Shown here piece by piece: positions 9,722 to 19,312 of a stretch of DNA of 64,000 bases. The DNA is from a virus. The notes below the pieces were generated by a model. It was not told the origin of the DNA and did not search any database. It saw only the letters and a program-made list of their open reading frames with translations. Numbering within the stretch: position 1 is the first letter of the stretch; the number at the start of each line of letters is the position of its first letter. The position numbers were made by a program, and so were the translations under genes. The stretch is taken from IMG/VR virus record IMGVR_UViG_3300031088_000796, positions 44 to 64,043 of that record. The stretch is one strand, 5' to 3'.

Positions 9722-10485
9722 AGTTATTCCTGATCCTTTTGTGCCTGAGCGCCTATTTGATCGCCACGGCTGTATGGTTTTCCTGGGGGCTGGGGGAAAT
9801 GCTGGACTCCTATCACATCGTGGGGCCCCTGGTCAGTGCTCTGGCAATCAGCGTTTTTTGGCTGGCTTTCACCGGCTGCGCAATTGCTTACCTGGTCAAG
9901 TGGTATGCAGGCGCTGCGAGCAAAAAAGCCGGTTTAGCTCATGTAGGTCCGGTAGGTTTTCTGCATCGACACTTCCGTGACGCCTTGGGTATCCACCTAG
10001 GAGCGATCGCATGGAATCAAGATAGCTTGTTCTCGATCCCTGTGTACCTGGATCCACCAGCGGAACCACCTGCTGGTAATTGGTATGCAGCTGAAGACAT
10101 TGACCGCCACGTTCGCGCCCTAGATGTGCTGATCAACGGTGAAGAGGGTGCATCCCCGCAGGCGAAGCTGTGCGACCTGGTGGCCCAGCTACAGGCCAAA
10201 CCAGTATTCGGCCTCGATCCAGCAAAAGGCTATGCGCTCGTGCCTACCAAGCCGTCACCAGGGGTTTTGATGAGCATGGCCATACGTTCTGATCACGGGC
10301 TTGGTGTGCCTGGCTATTACGACACGGGCCTGATGCTCAAGGAGGGCTTCGGTGTCACCCATGCCCAACGCTTGGAATGCACCCTGTCCGAAATGTGCAA
10401 GCTCTATGAAGAGGTTGTAGGCACTGGGTTTTATTCGGTAGAAAAAGAATCTGACTACGTGGCGAAAAGCATGGAGGTGCGCTGA
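9709..10485 (+). CDS. membrane-anchored hypothetical phage protein
   Basis: Two hydrophobic N-terminal segments and a soluble C-terminus; AAGGAG RBS. Confidence 0.6.
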   Translation: MQSVKLFLILLCLSAYLIATAVWFSWGLGEMLDSYHIVGPLVSALAISVFWLAFTGCAIAYLVKWYAGAASKKAGLAHVGPVGFLHRHFRDALGIHLGAIAWNQDSLFSIPVYLDPPAEPPAGNWYAAEDIDRHVRALDVLINGEEGASPQAKLCDLVAQLQAKPVFGLDPAKGYALVPTKPSPGVLMSMAIRSDHGLGVPGYYDTGLMLKEGFGVTHAQRLECTLSEMCKLYEEVVGTGFYSVEKESDYVAKSMEVR

Positions 10486-10733
10486 TGAACGAGAATATTG
10501 AGCTTGGACAGCAGATGTGGAAGGGGTTGCTACTGCCTTTTCAGCAGATGGCTGTGGATCATGGTATTGCCACCACGGCAGAAAAAGCCCAGTTGTGGGC
10601 GGGATTCTTGGCCGGGGCCTCTGGTGCAATGTGTGCGGATATAGGGCCCGACAACACCCAGGCGGTGCTAGACCAGATCAAGAAGTCATGCGCCGAGGTG
10701 ATGCGTAACGAGCTGCGCGTTGTGAAGCCATGA
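10485..10733 (+). CDS. hypothetical protein
   Basis: 82 aa, GGAGG RBS, coupled. Confidence 0.55.
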   Translation: MNENIELGQQMWKGLLLPFQQMAVDHGIATTAEKAQLWAGFLAGASGAMCADIGPDNTQAVLDQIKKSCAEVMRNELRVVKP

Positions 10734-11226
10734 CCAGGCGCGTATATCTCGCAGGCTTCGACGTCTTTCGCAGCGATGCTATTAACGGGGCGATTACCTG
10801 AAGAGCCTTTGTGCGGCCCAGGGCTTACAGGGGATGTATCCGTTCGACAACCAAGCGCCTGATCACCTCGGGCCAGAAGCAACCGCGCGGATCATTTGCC
10901 AGCAGAACCTGCAAATGGTTCGCAGCTGTGACGCGGTACTGGCAAACCTCAACAGCTTTCGGGGGCTGGAGCCGGATTCGGGTACTGCTTTTGAGGTTGG
11001 TTTTGCGATCGCCCTGGGCAAACCGGTTTGGGCCTACCTGGATGATGTATCGACGCTGCGCGGCCAGGTTCCCCATGACGATGAGGGGCGGGATATCGGC
11101 GGTTATTTCGTTGAAGACTTTGACCTGCCACGTAACTTGATGCTGGCCTGTACCTGGGCAGGGTATAGCCGCACTGCGGAGGAAGCTGCGCCGGCCCTTA
11201 AGGCTTACCTGCGGGCTCTGGAGTGA
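10730..11226 (+). pseudogene. Nucleoside 2-deoxyribosyltransferase-family gene, frameshifted near 10784
   Basis: MTRRVYLAGFDVFRSDAI in one frame continues as GDYLKSLC...YPFDN...DSGTAFEVGFA.ALGKPV in another; one extra base restores a single ORF. Confidence 0.75.
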
Positions 11227-11292
11227 GTAGGGGGCCTATAGTATGGTTGGGTGAATGGATTCACTTGCCCCCACTTCAAAAGGACGGCCCAT

Positions 11293-11940
11293 ATGTCAAA
11301 AAAGGTATTTGCTGTAGCCATCACCTCTATCTTGGGCCTGTGCGCAGGTATCCAAAGCGCTTCAGCCGGTGTCGGTCTCTTCAAGGATTACACCTTCAAC
11401 ACCCCCATCGACAAGTACACGCGCTCGGCAGGCTATTACGACTGCTCCAACAGTGAGCATACGGGCCGTTGCACGGACAACTTTGAATTCCTGGGTCAGA
11501 AATTCACCGTGGCGCTGTTCTTTTTCGATAACCGGCTGGATAGCGTTGCGTTGCTCGCGCCATACAGCCAAGGGCTGTACCAGAAGGTAACCAACACGCT
11601 GTCCAAGTCTTTCAACATCATCTCATTGCAGAACGAGAAGTCATTTCTCGACATGGTGACGCTGCGCAATACCGCGACCCAGGATGAGTACGTGAAGAAG
11701 TTCATGGCCTTTGAGACCGCAGCGCTTGCCGCTGGTGACTTGACCTATATGTATCTTGAGACCCCGGAAACAGTGGGTTACAAGGATGTAGACGCAATTT
11801 TGCAGGCATCGCCGGAAGACGTCAGAACTGCGGCTATCAGGCTGCTAAAGGACGAGACGTCCACCAGCCTGGTGCTGAGATTTGAAGTTCCAAATGTGAA
11901 CCGCCAGCTTGCAGCACAGCAAGCTGAAGAGACTTTCTGA
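11293..11940 (+). CDS. exported protein with signal peptide
   Basis: MSKKVFAVAITSILGLCAGIQSASA followed by a 190-aa soluble domain. Confidence 0.75.
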   Translation: MSKKVFAVAITSILGLCAGIQSASAGVGLFKDYTFNTPIDKYTRSAGYYDCSNSEHTGRCTDNFEFLGQKFTVALFFFDNRLDSVALLAPYSQGLYQKVTNTLSKSFNIISLQNEKSFLDMVTLRNTATQDEYVKKFMAFETAALAAGDLTYMYLETPETVGYKDVDAILQASPEDVRTAAIRLLKDETSTSLVLRFEVPNVNRQLAAQQAEETF

Positions 11941-11947
11941 CTATCGC

Positions 11948-12001
11948 CATAAAAACATAGAATCGCTATTGTTATTTTATGTTGTTATGCCATTATGTCG
12001 T
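11948..12001 (+). promoter_or_regulatory. Repeated AT-rich promoter/operator, copy B
   Basis: CATAAAAACATAGAATCGCTATTGT...GTTGTTATGCCATTATGTCGT; 24/25 identical to copy A over the first 25 bp. Confidence 0.6.
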
Positions 12002-12061
12002 CACGAGTGGGCTACATCGGCAGAGCATCAGCTTTGCGCCCACTCAATGAGGGCGTAGAAA

Positions 12062-12271
12062 ATGGGCATTTCGCTGGAAGTAGGCCGGGCATACAAAACT
12101 CGCAACGGCGGTACCGTCATCATTGAGCATGAAGACGGTGACGACAGGTATCCGTTCTTTGGGAAAATCGTGAATATGGACGGCTTGAGTGACCGGATCG
12201 CCTACTTCACTGCTGCTGGCCGCTACAATTTGTCGGGTGTCAGCGTGTTTGACATTCAAGCAACAGGTTGA
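12062..12271 (+). CDS. small hypothetical phage protein
   Basis: LEVGRAYKTRNGG.V.I...YPFFG motif; GAGG RBS. Confidence 0.55.
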   Translation: MGISLEVGRAYKTRNGGTVIIEHEDGDDRYPFFGKIVNMDGLSDRIAYFTAAGRYNLSGVSVFDIQATG

Positions 12272-12424
12272 GTCTTCGCCACGGAGAACCGTGCAGCTCG
12301 CATCGTCGAACTGAAGCGCAACTACGGACTCAATCCCGCACCGCACCCCAAGCCCAGCCCCCGCGCTGGGCCGAGGCCGTAGAGGACTCCGTATCGGCGT
12401 CCACCCATCGAAGGATTCGACGAT

Positions 12425-12718
12425 ATGGCTGCATCGAGCAAGGCACAACGGTTTCAAGAGGACATGATCCGCTGCCGTGGGATCGAGTTCGCTCGCTTGG
12501 GCATGATGGTTGAGGTGGATGGTGATATGGGTACCATCCAGGGCATGAACAGCAGCGCGAATCTGGACGTACTGTTCACCAACCAGCTTAAGCACGGCAA
12601 GCACTGCCACAACTGCCACCCGACCTGGAACGTGAAGTACTTCGATGAGAATGGCACCCTCATTGCTCACTTCTCTGAGAACGAATGTGTGCTCCGACCA
12701 GAACGGACAGCGGCCTAG
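12425..12718 (+). CDS. hypothetical phage protein
   Basis: G.I.G.NSSANLDVLF...NCHPTW...YFDENG motif. Confidence 0.6.
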   Translation: MAASSKAQRFQEDMIRCRGIEFARLGMMVEVDGDMGTIQGMNSSANLDVLFTNQLKHGKHCHNCHPTWNVKYFDENGTLIAHFSENECVLRPERTAA

Positions 12719-12817
12719 GAGAATCGCAACAGGTGCACCAGAGCCCCGCCGTCAACGTGGGGCCAAGTGGCTCGCTCGTGCTGATGCTGCTCGTGAATCA
12801 AATTGAAAGGAGGTTTT

Positions 12818-13054
12818 ATGTCAGACAGTCCCATAGAAACGACCCTCGACCGTATCACTACAGCCCTCGGGCTTATCGAGGAAGCGCCCAGTCTCCCTAT
12901 GGCTGATATGGCTGCTGCGTATGCGAGGGGTTATGTTGATGGTCTGCATTTTGAAGGAACGATCAACGCCAAAGAGGCAGAAGGTCACTTGATTGATATT
13001 TCAACACGTCGCCGGAATCAACTGATTAAGCTTGGTGTAGAACTGACCGATTAA
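12818..13054 (+). CDS. small helical protein (family shared with 13078, 24906, 27888)
   Basis: AGGAGG RBS; AYARGYVDGLHFEGTINAKE. Confidence 0.6.
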   Translation: MSDSPIETTLDRITTALGLIEEAPSLPMADMAAAYARGYVDGLHFEGTINAKEAEGHLIDISTRRRNQLIKLGVELTD

Positions 13055-13077
13055 GGACGTAAGTGGGGGGTGACGTT

Positions 13078-13320
13078 ATGCAAACGACTGATGAGCCCGA
13101 ATCCCTGAAGGCCCAAAAGCTAACGGAGCTGCGTGCCGATCTGGCCCGCACCGTGGCTGAGAAGACGTCTGACCTACGCGTATGGCGCCAAGGCCTCATT
13201 CATGGCCGGTTGCTGGAGCTTGAGTCGTTCGGGGTGCTGAACCGAAAGGAATGCGCCGCGTTCGCTAAGGAAGTGCAGCAGGCGGTGGATTCGACGTTAC
13301 TACCATCGAATGACGATTGA
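13078..13320 (+). CDS. small helical protein
   Basis: GLIHGRLLELESFGVLNRKE. Confidence 0.5.
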   Translation: MQTTDEPESLKAQKLTELRADLARTVAEKTSDLRVWRQGLIHGRLLELESFGVLNRKECAAFAKEVQQAVDSTLLPSNDD

Positions 13321-13349
13321 CCGCTCCACATCAGCAAGGAGTTTCACTG

Positions 13350-13628
13350 ATGCAACCCGAACTGAAAGCCTACCTGGTCGACCTGACCAACGTTATTGCG
13401 CATTACAGCCCCGCCGAGGCGCTGGATTACTTCTGTGAGAGCTGCGGCTTCCCTCGGTCTGACTTTGTCCTTGATGACGTTGAGGACGCCACCGATGAAC
13501 TACTGGATGAGCCAAAAGTGTATCCAGACGGTTCACCGGCAGGGACGCTGCGTGAGGTTCTGGAAGCCGCAACAGGGCCTGAGTACATGTACAAGGGCGG
13601 CAGTGACCGTTACGGGACGCTGTCTTGA
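13350..13628 (+). CDS. acidic hypothetical protein
   Basis: AAGGAG RBS before ATG 13350. Confidence 0.5.
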   Translation: MQPELKAYLVDLTNVIAHYSPAEALDYFCESCGFPRSDFVLDDVEDATDELLDEPKVYPDGSPAGTLREVLEAATGPEYMYKGGSDRYGTLS

Positions 13629-13653
13629 CTGCCTGTAGCAAGGAGACCGCACT

Positions 13654-13899
13654 ATGACTCAGGCCCAACAAGCCCCGACGCTGGCGCAGTGGAAGGCGCT
13701 GTATGACGATCAGAGGGCGCTGATCAAGTCCCCTGAGGGCCATCAGTTCGTTCTGATTGAGCTGGCTGAGTCATTGCACGCCCAGGGTGTGATTGATGCT
13801 GGTGAGCTGTCTGAGATGCTTGAGAAGGCCGACGCGGCGTATCAGTGGGGTGTCGAGGCGCAGTTGAGCGCTGAGTTGAACGGCCCGGTAGAGCATTGA
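13654..13899 (+). CDS. small helical hypothetical protein
   Basis: AAGGAG RBS; LAESLHAQGVIDAGELSEMLEKADAAY. Confidence 0.6.
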   Translation: MTQAQQAPTLAQWKALYDDQRALIKSPEGHQFVLIELAESLHAQGVIDAGELSEMLEKADAAYQWGVEAQLSAELNGPVEH

Positions 13900-13902
13900 T
13901 CC

Positions 13903-14148
13903 ATGACGACATTCACTGATGCCCCAGTAATGGCAGCACTACGCGATGCGTCCTGGCATTCTCGACCGGATACGCGAAGCCCGAAGCGGTACCACATCGT
14001 GGTGGATGGTAAGCCTGCGTGCGGTGCCCACATGTTCTTGTGTGAAGGCGAGCCAGCTGAACGAATCCCGGTAAACAGCCGTTGCCAGCGTCCAGGCTGT
14101 AAAGGACGGTGGCCAGCATTCATCGAACGCAAAAGGAGCCCGCTATGA
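13903..14148 (+). CDS. small Cys-containing hypothetical protein
   Basis: YHIV.DG.PACG...RCQRPGCK.RWP. Confidence 0.55.
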   Translation: MTTFTDAPVMAALRDASWHSRPDTRSPKRYHIVVDGKPACGAHMFLCEGEPAERIPVNSRCQRPGCKGRWPAFIERKRSPL

Positions 14149-14477
14149 ACCAGGTGCTGTTTACCGCACAATTTGGTCTGGACGAGCTGCGTATAGAAGT
14201 CGCCAATAAAGCTGACCTGGCGTTTACCCTGACGTGCAACACAAGGCACAACGGGAGTATGGCGTGACTGGAGTTGCCGCGGCGCTATCAGAGCGCCCGA
14301 GGTGCCAAGCTGGGCGCTGCCAGGATCATGGGAGAGCCGGTCCAGTGGAAAGCCACCGCGTATGAGTGACCTGTAGGAGTTCGAAAAGCGCCCCTTATTC
14401 CAAAATCTGGTGCACTAGAGCTTGATTGCACCTTCTGTTCCATTGCGCCACAAAACCTGTAAAGGACACGCCCCAAT

Positions 14478-14717
14478 ATGGCGAAGATTGACACTGTTGC
14501 GCTGCGGCTCTTCCTCGACCCAGTAAACGAAACTGCCGATGAACACAGAGAGGCTATCAAAGCCCTGGATGGCGTGATGGGGCTATCGGCCAGCCGTCGG
14601 GCCAAGGTGGTCAAGGCGTGTACCAAAACCAAGGACGCGCATGTGAACGCCGTGGGCGAGTTGATTGGGGGGTTGAATAAGCTTGTCCAGGACGCTGAAG
14701 CCGCCGAACCGGAATGA
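14478..14717 (+). CDS. hypothetical protein
   Basis: AAGGA RBS; followed by a terminator. Confidence 0.55.
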   Translation: MAKIDTVALRLFLDPVNETADEHREAIKALDGVMGLSASRRAKVVKACTKTKDAHVNAVGELIGGLNKLVQDAEAAEPE

Positions 14718-14735
14718 CCTGATCCTGTACTGAAG

Positions 14736-14759
14736 AGCCCGCCGCGTGCGGGCTTTTTC
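14736..14759 (+). terminator. Rho-independent terminator
   Basis: AGCCCGC-cgcgt-GCGGGCT followed by a T-tract. Confidence 0.7.
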
Positions 14760-14788
14760 ATGCCCGGAAGTCCCGCAAACACCTGCAT

Positions 14789-15064
14789 TTGAGCCCGCTC
14801 CTACGCGATTACATTGGCTGGCGTACCGGTTCGCCTGGAGGCTATGCAGTGAGCGTGTTTGAAGTGGCTGATGAGGCCCGCAGTGATTTTGAGTGTGACC
14901 ATGAAGGCCCATTTGAGCGCAAGAAGGGCGCCATGGGGCGCGACCTGGACGAATACAAAGACCCGCAGGTACAGCGCGAGTATCTGATATGGCTGCGCGC
15001 ACGCGGGTCTGTTCGTTCCTGCCACTGCTGTGGCGGTGGTGTTGGCCAGCAGGTTGCGCAATGA
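14789..15064 (+). CDS. hypothetical protein
   Basis: 91-aa ORF ending in CHCCGG, coupled to the next gene. Confidence 0.4.
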   Translation: MSPLLRDYIGWRTGSPGGYAVSVFEVADEARSDFECDHEGPFERKKGAMGRDLDEYKDPQVQREYLIWLRARGSVRSCHCCGGGVGQQVAQ

Positions 15065-15570
15065 GTCGGCGCTGGCTCAGTGAGGCCGACCTGGCCAAGC
15101 TGCCCCACGAAATGACCGAGCGCGCCCTGGGCGGCAAACCAGCGAGAAAAAAGCCTATCCCTGAGCACCTACGCATGGAGGGTGTAACCCAGGACAAACC
15201 AACCGGTGGCCGCAATGGCATGAAAGCCATGCAGGCGCTGGGGCGTCTGAAAAAGGGTGAGTTGAACAAGACCGAAGAGGCGTATCAGGCACACCTGGAG
15301 CTGCGCCGGATGGCTGGTGAGGTGCTGTGGTACCACTTTGAACCGTTCCGGCTTGAGTTGGCACCCAAAACAACCTACAGCCCTGACTTCCTGGTGCAGC
15401 TGGCCAGCGGGCACCTGGAAGTGCACGAGGTGAAAGGCGTCTGGATGGATGATGCACGGGTAAAGATCAAGGTCGCGGCCAAAATGTTCCCGGTGTTCAA
15501 GTTCATCGCGGTGATGAAGAAGGATGAAGGGAAGGGCAAAGACCCGTCTTGGACCATGGAGGAATTCTGA
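15061..15570 (+). CDS. DUF1064-like PD-(D/E)XK endonuclease
   Basis: MNKTE..Y..HLE...GEVLWY.FE...TYSPDFLV...HEVKG.W.DDARVKIKVAA..FP. Confidence 0.75.
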   Translation: MSRRWLSEADLAKLPHEMTERALGGKPARKKPIPEHLRMEGVTQDKPTGGRNGMKAMQALGRLKKGELNKTEEAYQAHLELRRMAGEVLWYHFEPFRLELAPKTTYSPDFLVQLASGHLEVHEVKGVWMDDARVKIKVAAKMFPVFKFIAVMKKDEGKGKDPSWTMEEF

Positions 15571-15839
15571 TAGTGCTCGACGTGGCCACGTCCACCGCTC
15601 ATGAGAGCTATATCAATCACGTGATGGTCTGCTGCCTTTGTCACGCACCTACAAAACGCTATTGTTGTGAAGGTTTTGAACTGCATGACGAATATCTCGC
15701 GCAATATCTGATGAGCCAGGATCTTTACACCCGGCGCACGTTTCTGGCCGACCTCGAAACCACTGACCTTGCGCGATGCACGGCATTAAAGGCGCGGATG
15801 CTGGTGATTTTTGAAGGTAAAACAGAGGTGGCCCCATAG
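15549..15839 (+). CDS. hypothetical protein
   Basis: H..YINHVMVCCLC...RYCCEG; start uncertain. Confidence 0.45.
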   Translation: MDHGGILIVLDVATSTAHESYINHVMVCCLCHAPTKRYCCEGFELHDEYLAQYLMSQDLYTRRTFLADLETTDLARCTALKARMLVIFEGKTEVAP

Positions 15840-15955
15840 AAAGTTGGCAATCCGTCCATCGACGTGTGCAAACCTTTTGGGCATTCCGCGCTTGCAGTTG
15901 GTACGGGGATACAATTTAATGTCGCCACTGACATCGTGGTCAAAGGTGGCGTGCC

Positions 15956-16714
15956 GTGCTTGCAAACAGTGATACCCAAGACATACCAGCGGAACAGGCA
16001 GGCGAAAGCGCATCCGTGGCCGAACAAACTCAATCTCTTTTTGACGCAGACGAGTGCGGGGAGGGCATGGCCCCCTCGTGCCGGGCGCGGGAAGAAGAGC
16101 AGGCACTGCGCGATATCGTCGCGAAACGACTCGTTAGAGCAAGGCGCGCCGCAGGGCTCAAGGATCTTGAGGTGGCTATTCGCCTCGGTCATTCAAACCT
16201 GACAATGATCAGCCTGTTTGAGAACGGGCACCGATCGCCAAGCCTCAAAAACCTGCAAATCTTGGCAGACCTCTACAGCGTTACCACCGACTACCTCCTT
16301 GGACGCACTGACAACTTGGGCCTGGCGCCCGAGGAAGGTAACCAGGCTCTTATCACGGGCGTGGTCACCGGCGTTTTGAAAGCCTACAACGAAAAATTCT
16401 TGAATGGTCTCGCCGCTGTGACCGCGATCGGCATTGAAGGCGCCAGCATGGACCGTGTGCTGCTCAACAAGGTGGCCGATATCGCCAGCGAACTTGACGA
16501 TTCGATGGGCGTCATCAGGAAGCACCACGGCAAGGCTTTCGAATCCATGCGCGGCGGAAGCAAGTTGCTGCGCCTTGTTTCGGAGCTTTCTGGTTCGGTG
16601 TCTTCCCGAATTACAAGCAAACAGCACGAAAAAGCCCTAATTGAATACGATCATCCTGTGTGCACGGTGCAGCAGGTTTCAGAGGCTGTTCAACAAGCGC
16701 TGTTTGTTGATTAA
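15956..16714 (+). CDS. XRE-family HTH regulator (repressor candidate)
   Basis: KRLVRARRAAGL...VAIRLG...ISLFENGHRSPSLKNLQILADLYSVTTDYLLGRT. Confidence 0.85.
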   Translation: MLANSDTQDIPAEQAGESASVAEQTQSLFDADECGEGMAPSCRAREEEQALRDIVAKRLVRARRAAGLKDLEVAIRLGHSNLTMISLFENGHRSPSLKNLQILADLYSVTTDYLLGRTDNLGLAPEEGNQALITGVVTGVLKAYNEKFLNGLAAVTAIGIEGASMDRVLLNKVADIASELDDSMGVIRKHHGKAFESMRGGSKLLRLVSELSGSVSSRITSKQHEKALIEYDHPVCTVQQVSEAVQQALFVD

Positions 16715-16967
16715 CACCGGCAGCAAGCCAGCTACCCGGCCTTAGGGTAGCCATGCCGGGCTGTCGTGCGCTAGGTACTGGGCAAGGGGTTGTTCACGCG
16801 GCTTCCGAGCTTATGGGGTCTCTCGACAGGGGGGCTTCATCAGGTATTCGACGTTGGATAACGGTCAAAACTGGGGAAGTGGTTTCGACGCCATTGCAGC
16901 GCTTGCCGTAGCGTCCCCTATACGGTCCAGGGAAGCCCGCTAACGCGGGCTGTTCCTTCAAGATTCC

Positions 16968-16991
16968 GGCCTGCGCAAGCGGGCTTTTTTT
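16968..16991 (+). terminator. Rho-independent terminator
   Basis: GGCCTGC-gcaa-GCGGGCT followed by TTTTTT. Confidence 0.6.
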
Positions 16992-17055
16992 GCGCCAGAC
17001 GCGCAGAAAGTTGCGGTTTTAACGTGGCTGATAGCCAAGAAACTTTGCAATAAGG

Positions 17056-18201
17056 TTGGTGACAGTGGCACGAAAGAAAAGCGCCGAGACCGGGATGCCG
17101 CCTAAGTCCGCCGAGGATAGTCAATCCCCGGACAAGCCCGCCCGTAAAAGGATTACACCCCCTAAACCTCCGGCCAAAAAACCAGAGGTTAAGGTGGCAA
17201 ACGGTCGTGTTGAAAAAAGCATATCTCCCGCAGCGTCTAAAAAGGCCCCCGTCAGGGCAAAGACTGCTGCTCGCTCGCCTGCCAAACCAGCACAGGTACC
17301 AGAGAAAAAGCCGCGCTCAAAAACTGGTGGAGCCGCTGGAAAGGTGCGTGTTCCGAAAGAAGTCAGACTGACCAAAAAAGAGCACGAAGCCTTGCAGGCC
17401 GGGTGTTTGTACGGCCTGGACGAACGCCAGGCTAAGTTCATCGACCTGTGGTTGGTCACCCAAAACGCCACGCGGTCATACCAGGATGCAGGTTTTGAGT
17501 GCAAGAACGATGCAGTAGCAGCGGCGGCGGCCAGCAGGCTGTTAAGAAAGGTTAGGGAGCATCCCTACACCCAGGCCAAGCGTGCCGAGCTGTTCGCCAA
17601 GACAGAAGAAATCACCAACCGGGTAATTGAGCGCGTCTACGGCGCCGCGATGGCTGACCCGCGTGAACTGGCCGAGGTGGTCTACAAGTGCTGCCGCTAC
17701 TGCCATGGAGTGGGCCACGAATACCAGATGACTCCGCGAGAGATGAAAGAGCGGGAAGCGCGGTATGAACAGGCAGTGGCAGAAGCGAAGAAAGAGCGGA
17801 AAAAGCCCCCCGAATTCAACCCCCTGGGCGGTATCGGCTTCGACCTTACCCAGGATCCTCACCCGGAGTGCCCTGAGTGCAACGGCGTGGGTGTGCGGGT
17901 CGAGATCATTAACGACACCCGATACCTCTCACCTGGTGCGCTCGCTCTGTATGGCGGCTGGAAGGTGACAAAGGAGGGCGGTGCAGAGGTCAAGATTGCG
18001 GACCAGAGACCTTACCTGGAGCTGCTGGGCCGAATCTTCAATATGAACATCGAGCCTGCGGCCCCTCTCGTGGCCGTGGTGGACATGAATGCGCTGGACG
18101 AGGCCTACCGCAAGGGCTTGGAGAAAACCCAGGCCCAGCGTGACGCCATGGCTGAGCGCGCCGCTGCAATCGCGGCACTGAGTGATGGCGGTGAGGAATG
18201 A
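17056..18201 (+). CDS. terS: Terminase small subunit (PacA-like)
   Basis: LDERQAKFIDLWLVTQNATRSYQDAGF...AASRLLRK HTH, Lys/Pro-rich N-terminus, CRYCHG...CPECNG; upstream of TerL. Confidence 0.8.
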   Translation: MVTVARKKSAETGMPPKSAEDSQSPDKPARKRITPPKPPAKKPEVKVANGRVEKSISPAASKKAPVRAKTAARSPAKPAQVPEKKPRSKTGGAAGKVRVPKEVRLTKKEHEALQAGCLYGLDERQAKFIDLWLVTQNATRSYQDAGFECKNDAVAAAAASRLLRKVREHPYTQAKRAELFAKTEEITNRVIERVYGAAMADPRELAEVVYKCCRYCHGVGHEYQMTPREMKEREARYEQAVAEAKKERKKPPEFNPLGGIGFDLTQDPHPECPECNGVGVRVEIINDTRYLSPGALALYGGWKVTKEGGAEVKIADQRPYLELLGRIFNMNIEPAAPLVAVVDMNALDEAYRKGLEKTQAQRDAMAERAAAIAALSDGGEE

Positions 18202-18488
18202 CGCTCAACGCCGATCGCGAACCAACCCCCGACAACATCCGCCAAGCCAGGAAGAACCGTGGCCTGAGCGAGAGCGCAGCCGGTGAACTGATCTACGTGA
18301 GCCGCGAGTCGTGGCGCCTGTACGAAAAGGGCACCACCAAAATCAAGCTGGGGCTGTGGGAGCTGTTCCTGTTCAAAACAGGGCAAATCTGGCTCAAGCC
18401 TGTTGTGGAACCGCGACCCAAGGCCAAGCGGCGTGGGCGCGTCGAAAACTTAAGGCCGTTCCGGGCCAACTCGTTAGGAGCTGACTGA
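18198..18488 (+). CDS. small HTH protein
   Basis: PTPDNIRQARKNRGLSESAAGELIYVSRESWRLYEKG...WELF. Confidence 0.75.
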   Translation: MTLNADREPTPDNIRQARKNRGLSESAAGELIYVSRESWRLYEKGTTKIKLGLWELFLFKTGQIWLKPVVEPRPKAKRRGRVENLRPFRANSLGAD

Positions 18489-19078
18489 TGCAGAACAAAC
18501 CGAAACCGAAAGGGCAGGCGCACGACGACGACCTACTGCTGGCCAGCAACGTGTCAGCGTTCAAACAGTGGCTGATCGCCCAGGACATTGCCGTGCAGGA
18601 ACCCGTGGTGGCTCACAAGGCGCGCGGAGTGCATTACTGGGTAGATATCCCTGGTTGCAAGCCTGTATCAGTCCAGGAGGGCACTGCACGCAAAGCCCGG
18701 TACGCACAAACGCACTACCGCCTGCGCCCGTTGCTGAACAGCTTCCTTACTTCGCCCATGGCCAGTGCCATCAAGGCAATCGTACGCACGAAGACGCCAA
18801 GCCCGGTAATGACGGTAGTTGACCGCAAGGTTCAGCCAGTCGCGGCGGCCAACTCCGATGCCTCGACTGGGGCAGATATCGCGTCCAACAATCCTGAGGC
18901 CGTCCAACCGACTGGCAAGGCCATACACGTCAAGCCCCTGGACAAGTTCCTGGTGGACCTGCGCGATGACTTCGCCATCAGCTGCCCACTGAAGGTCAGG
19001 GGCGATGAAAGCATGGCCTCCTTTGCTAATCGCCGCTGGGAGTACGCCCAAGCAATGCTAGACGCGCGCCCACAGTAG
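18488..19078 (+). CDS. hypothetical phage protein
   Basis: Coupled ORF with C-terminal LRDDFA...YAQAMLDAR motif. Confidence 0.6.
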   Translation: MQNKPKPKGQAHDDDLLLASNVSAFKQWLIAQDIAVQEPVVAHKARGVHYWVDIPGCKPVSVQEGTARKARYAQTHYRLRPLLNSFLTSPMASAIKAIVRTKTPSPVMTVVDRKVQPVAAANSDASTGADIASNNPEAVQPTGKAIHVKPLDKFLVDLRDDFAISCPLKVRGDESMASFANRRWEYAQAMLDARPQ

Positions 19079-19106
19079 TCCGGGGATACGCGGGGACCGA
19101 ACGCGA

Positions 19107-19277
19107 ATGCTGTGCCGATTTTGTGGAAGTGATCGAGTCATCTGGCGGCGGCCTCGGAGGGGCCCCGCCTACACCTATTGCCGTGACTGCAAGCGCCGCA
19201 ACTGTGAGGCCATCGCCCACCAGCTGCCGCACGGTGACAACGAATGCGACCGGGCCCAACTGCGGCTCAATGTTTAG
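19107..19277 (+). CDS. small zinc-finger-like protein (not in ORF track)
   Basis: MLCRFCGSDRVIW...YTYCRDCKRRNC, 56 aa. Confidence 0.5.
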   Translation: MLCRFCGSDRVIWRRPRRGPAYTYCRDCKRRNCEAIAHQLPHGDNECDRAQLRLNV

Positions 19278-19312
19278 GGGATGCATATGCAACTTTCAGG
19301 AAGGTGCGGGCC

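Noticed and set aside
12818-14717. Named anti-CRISPR or anti-defence proteins (Acr, Acb2, Tad1/2) among the small ORFs
   Set aside because: None matched sequences I can recall; not assignable without searches.
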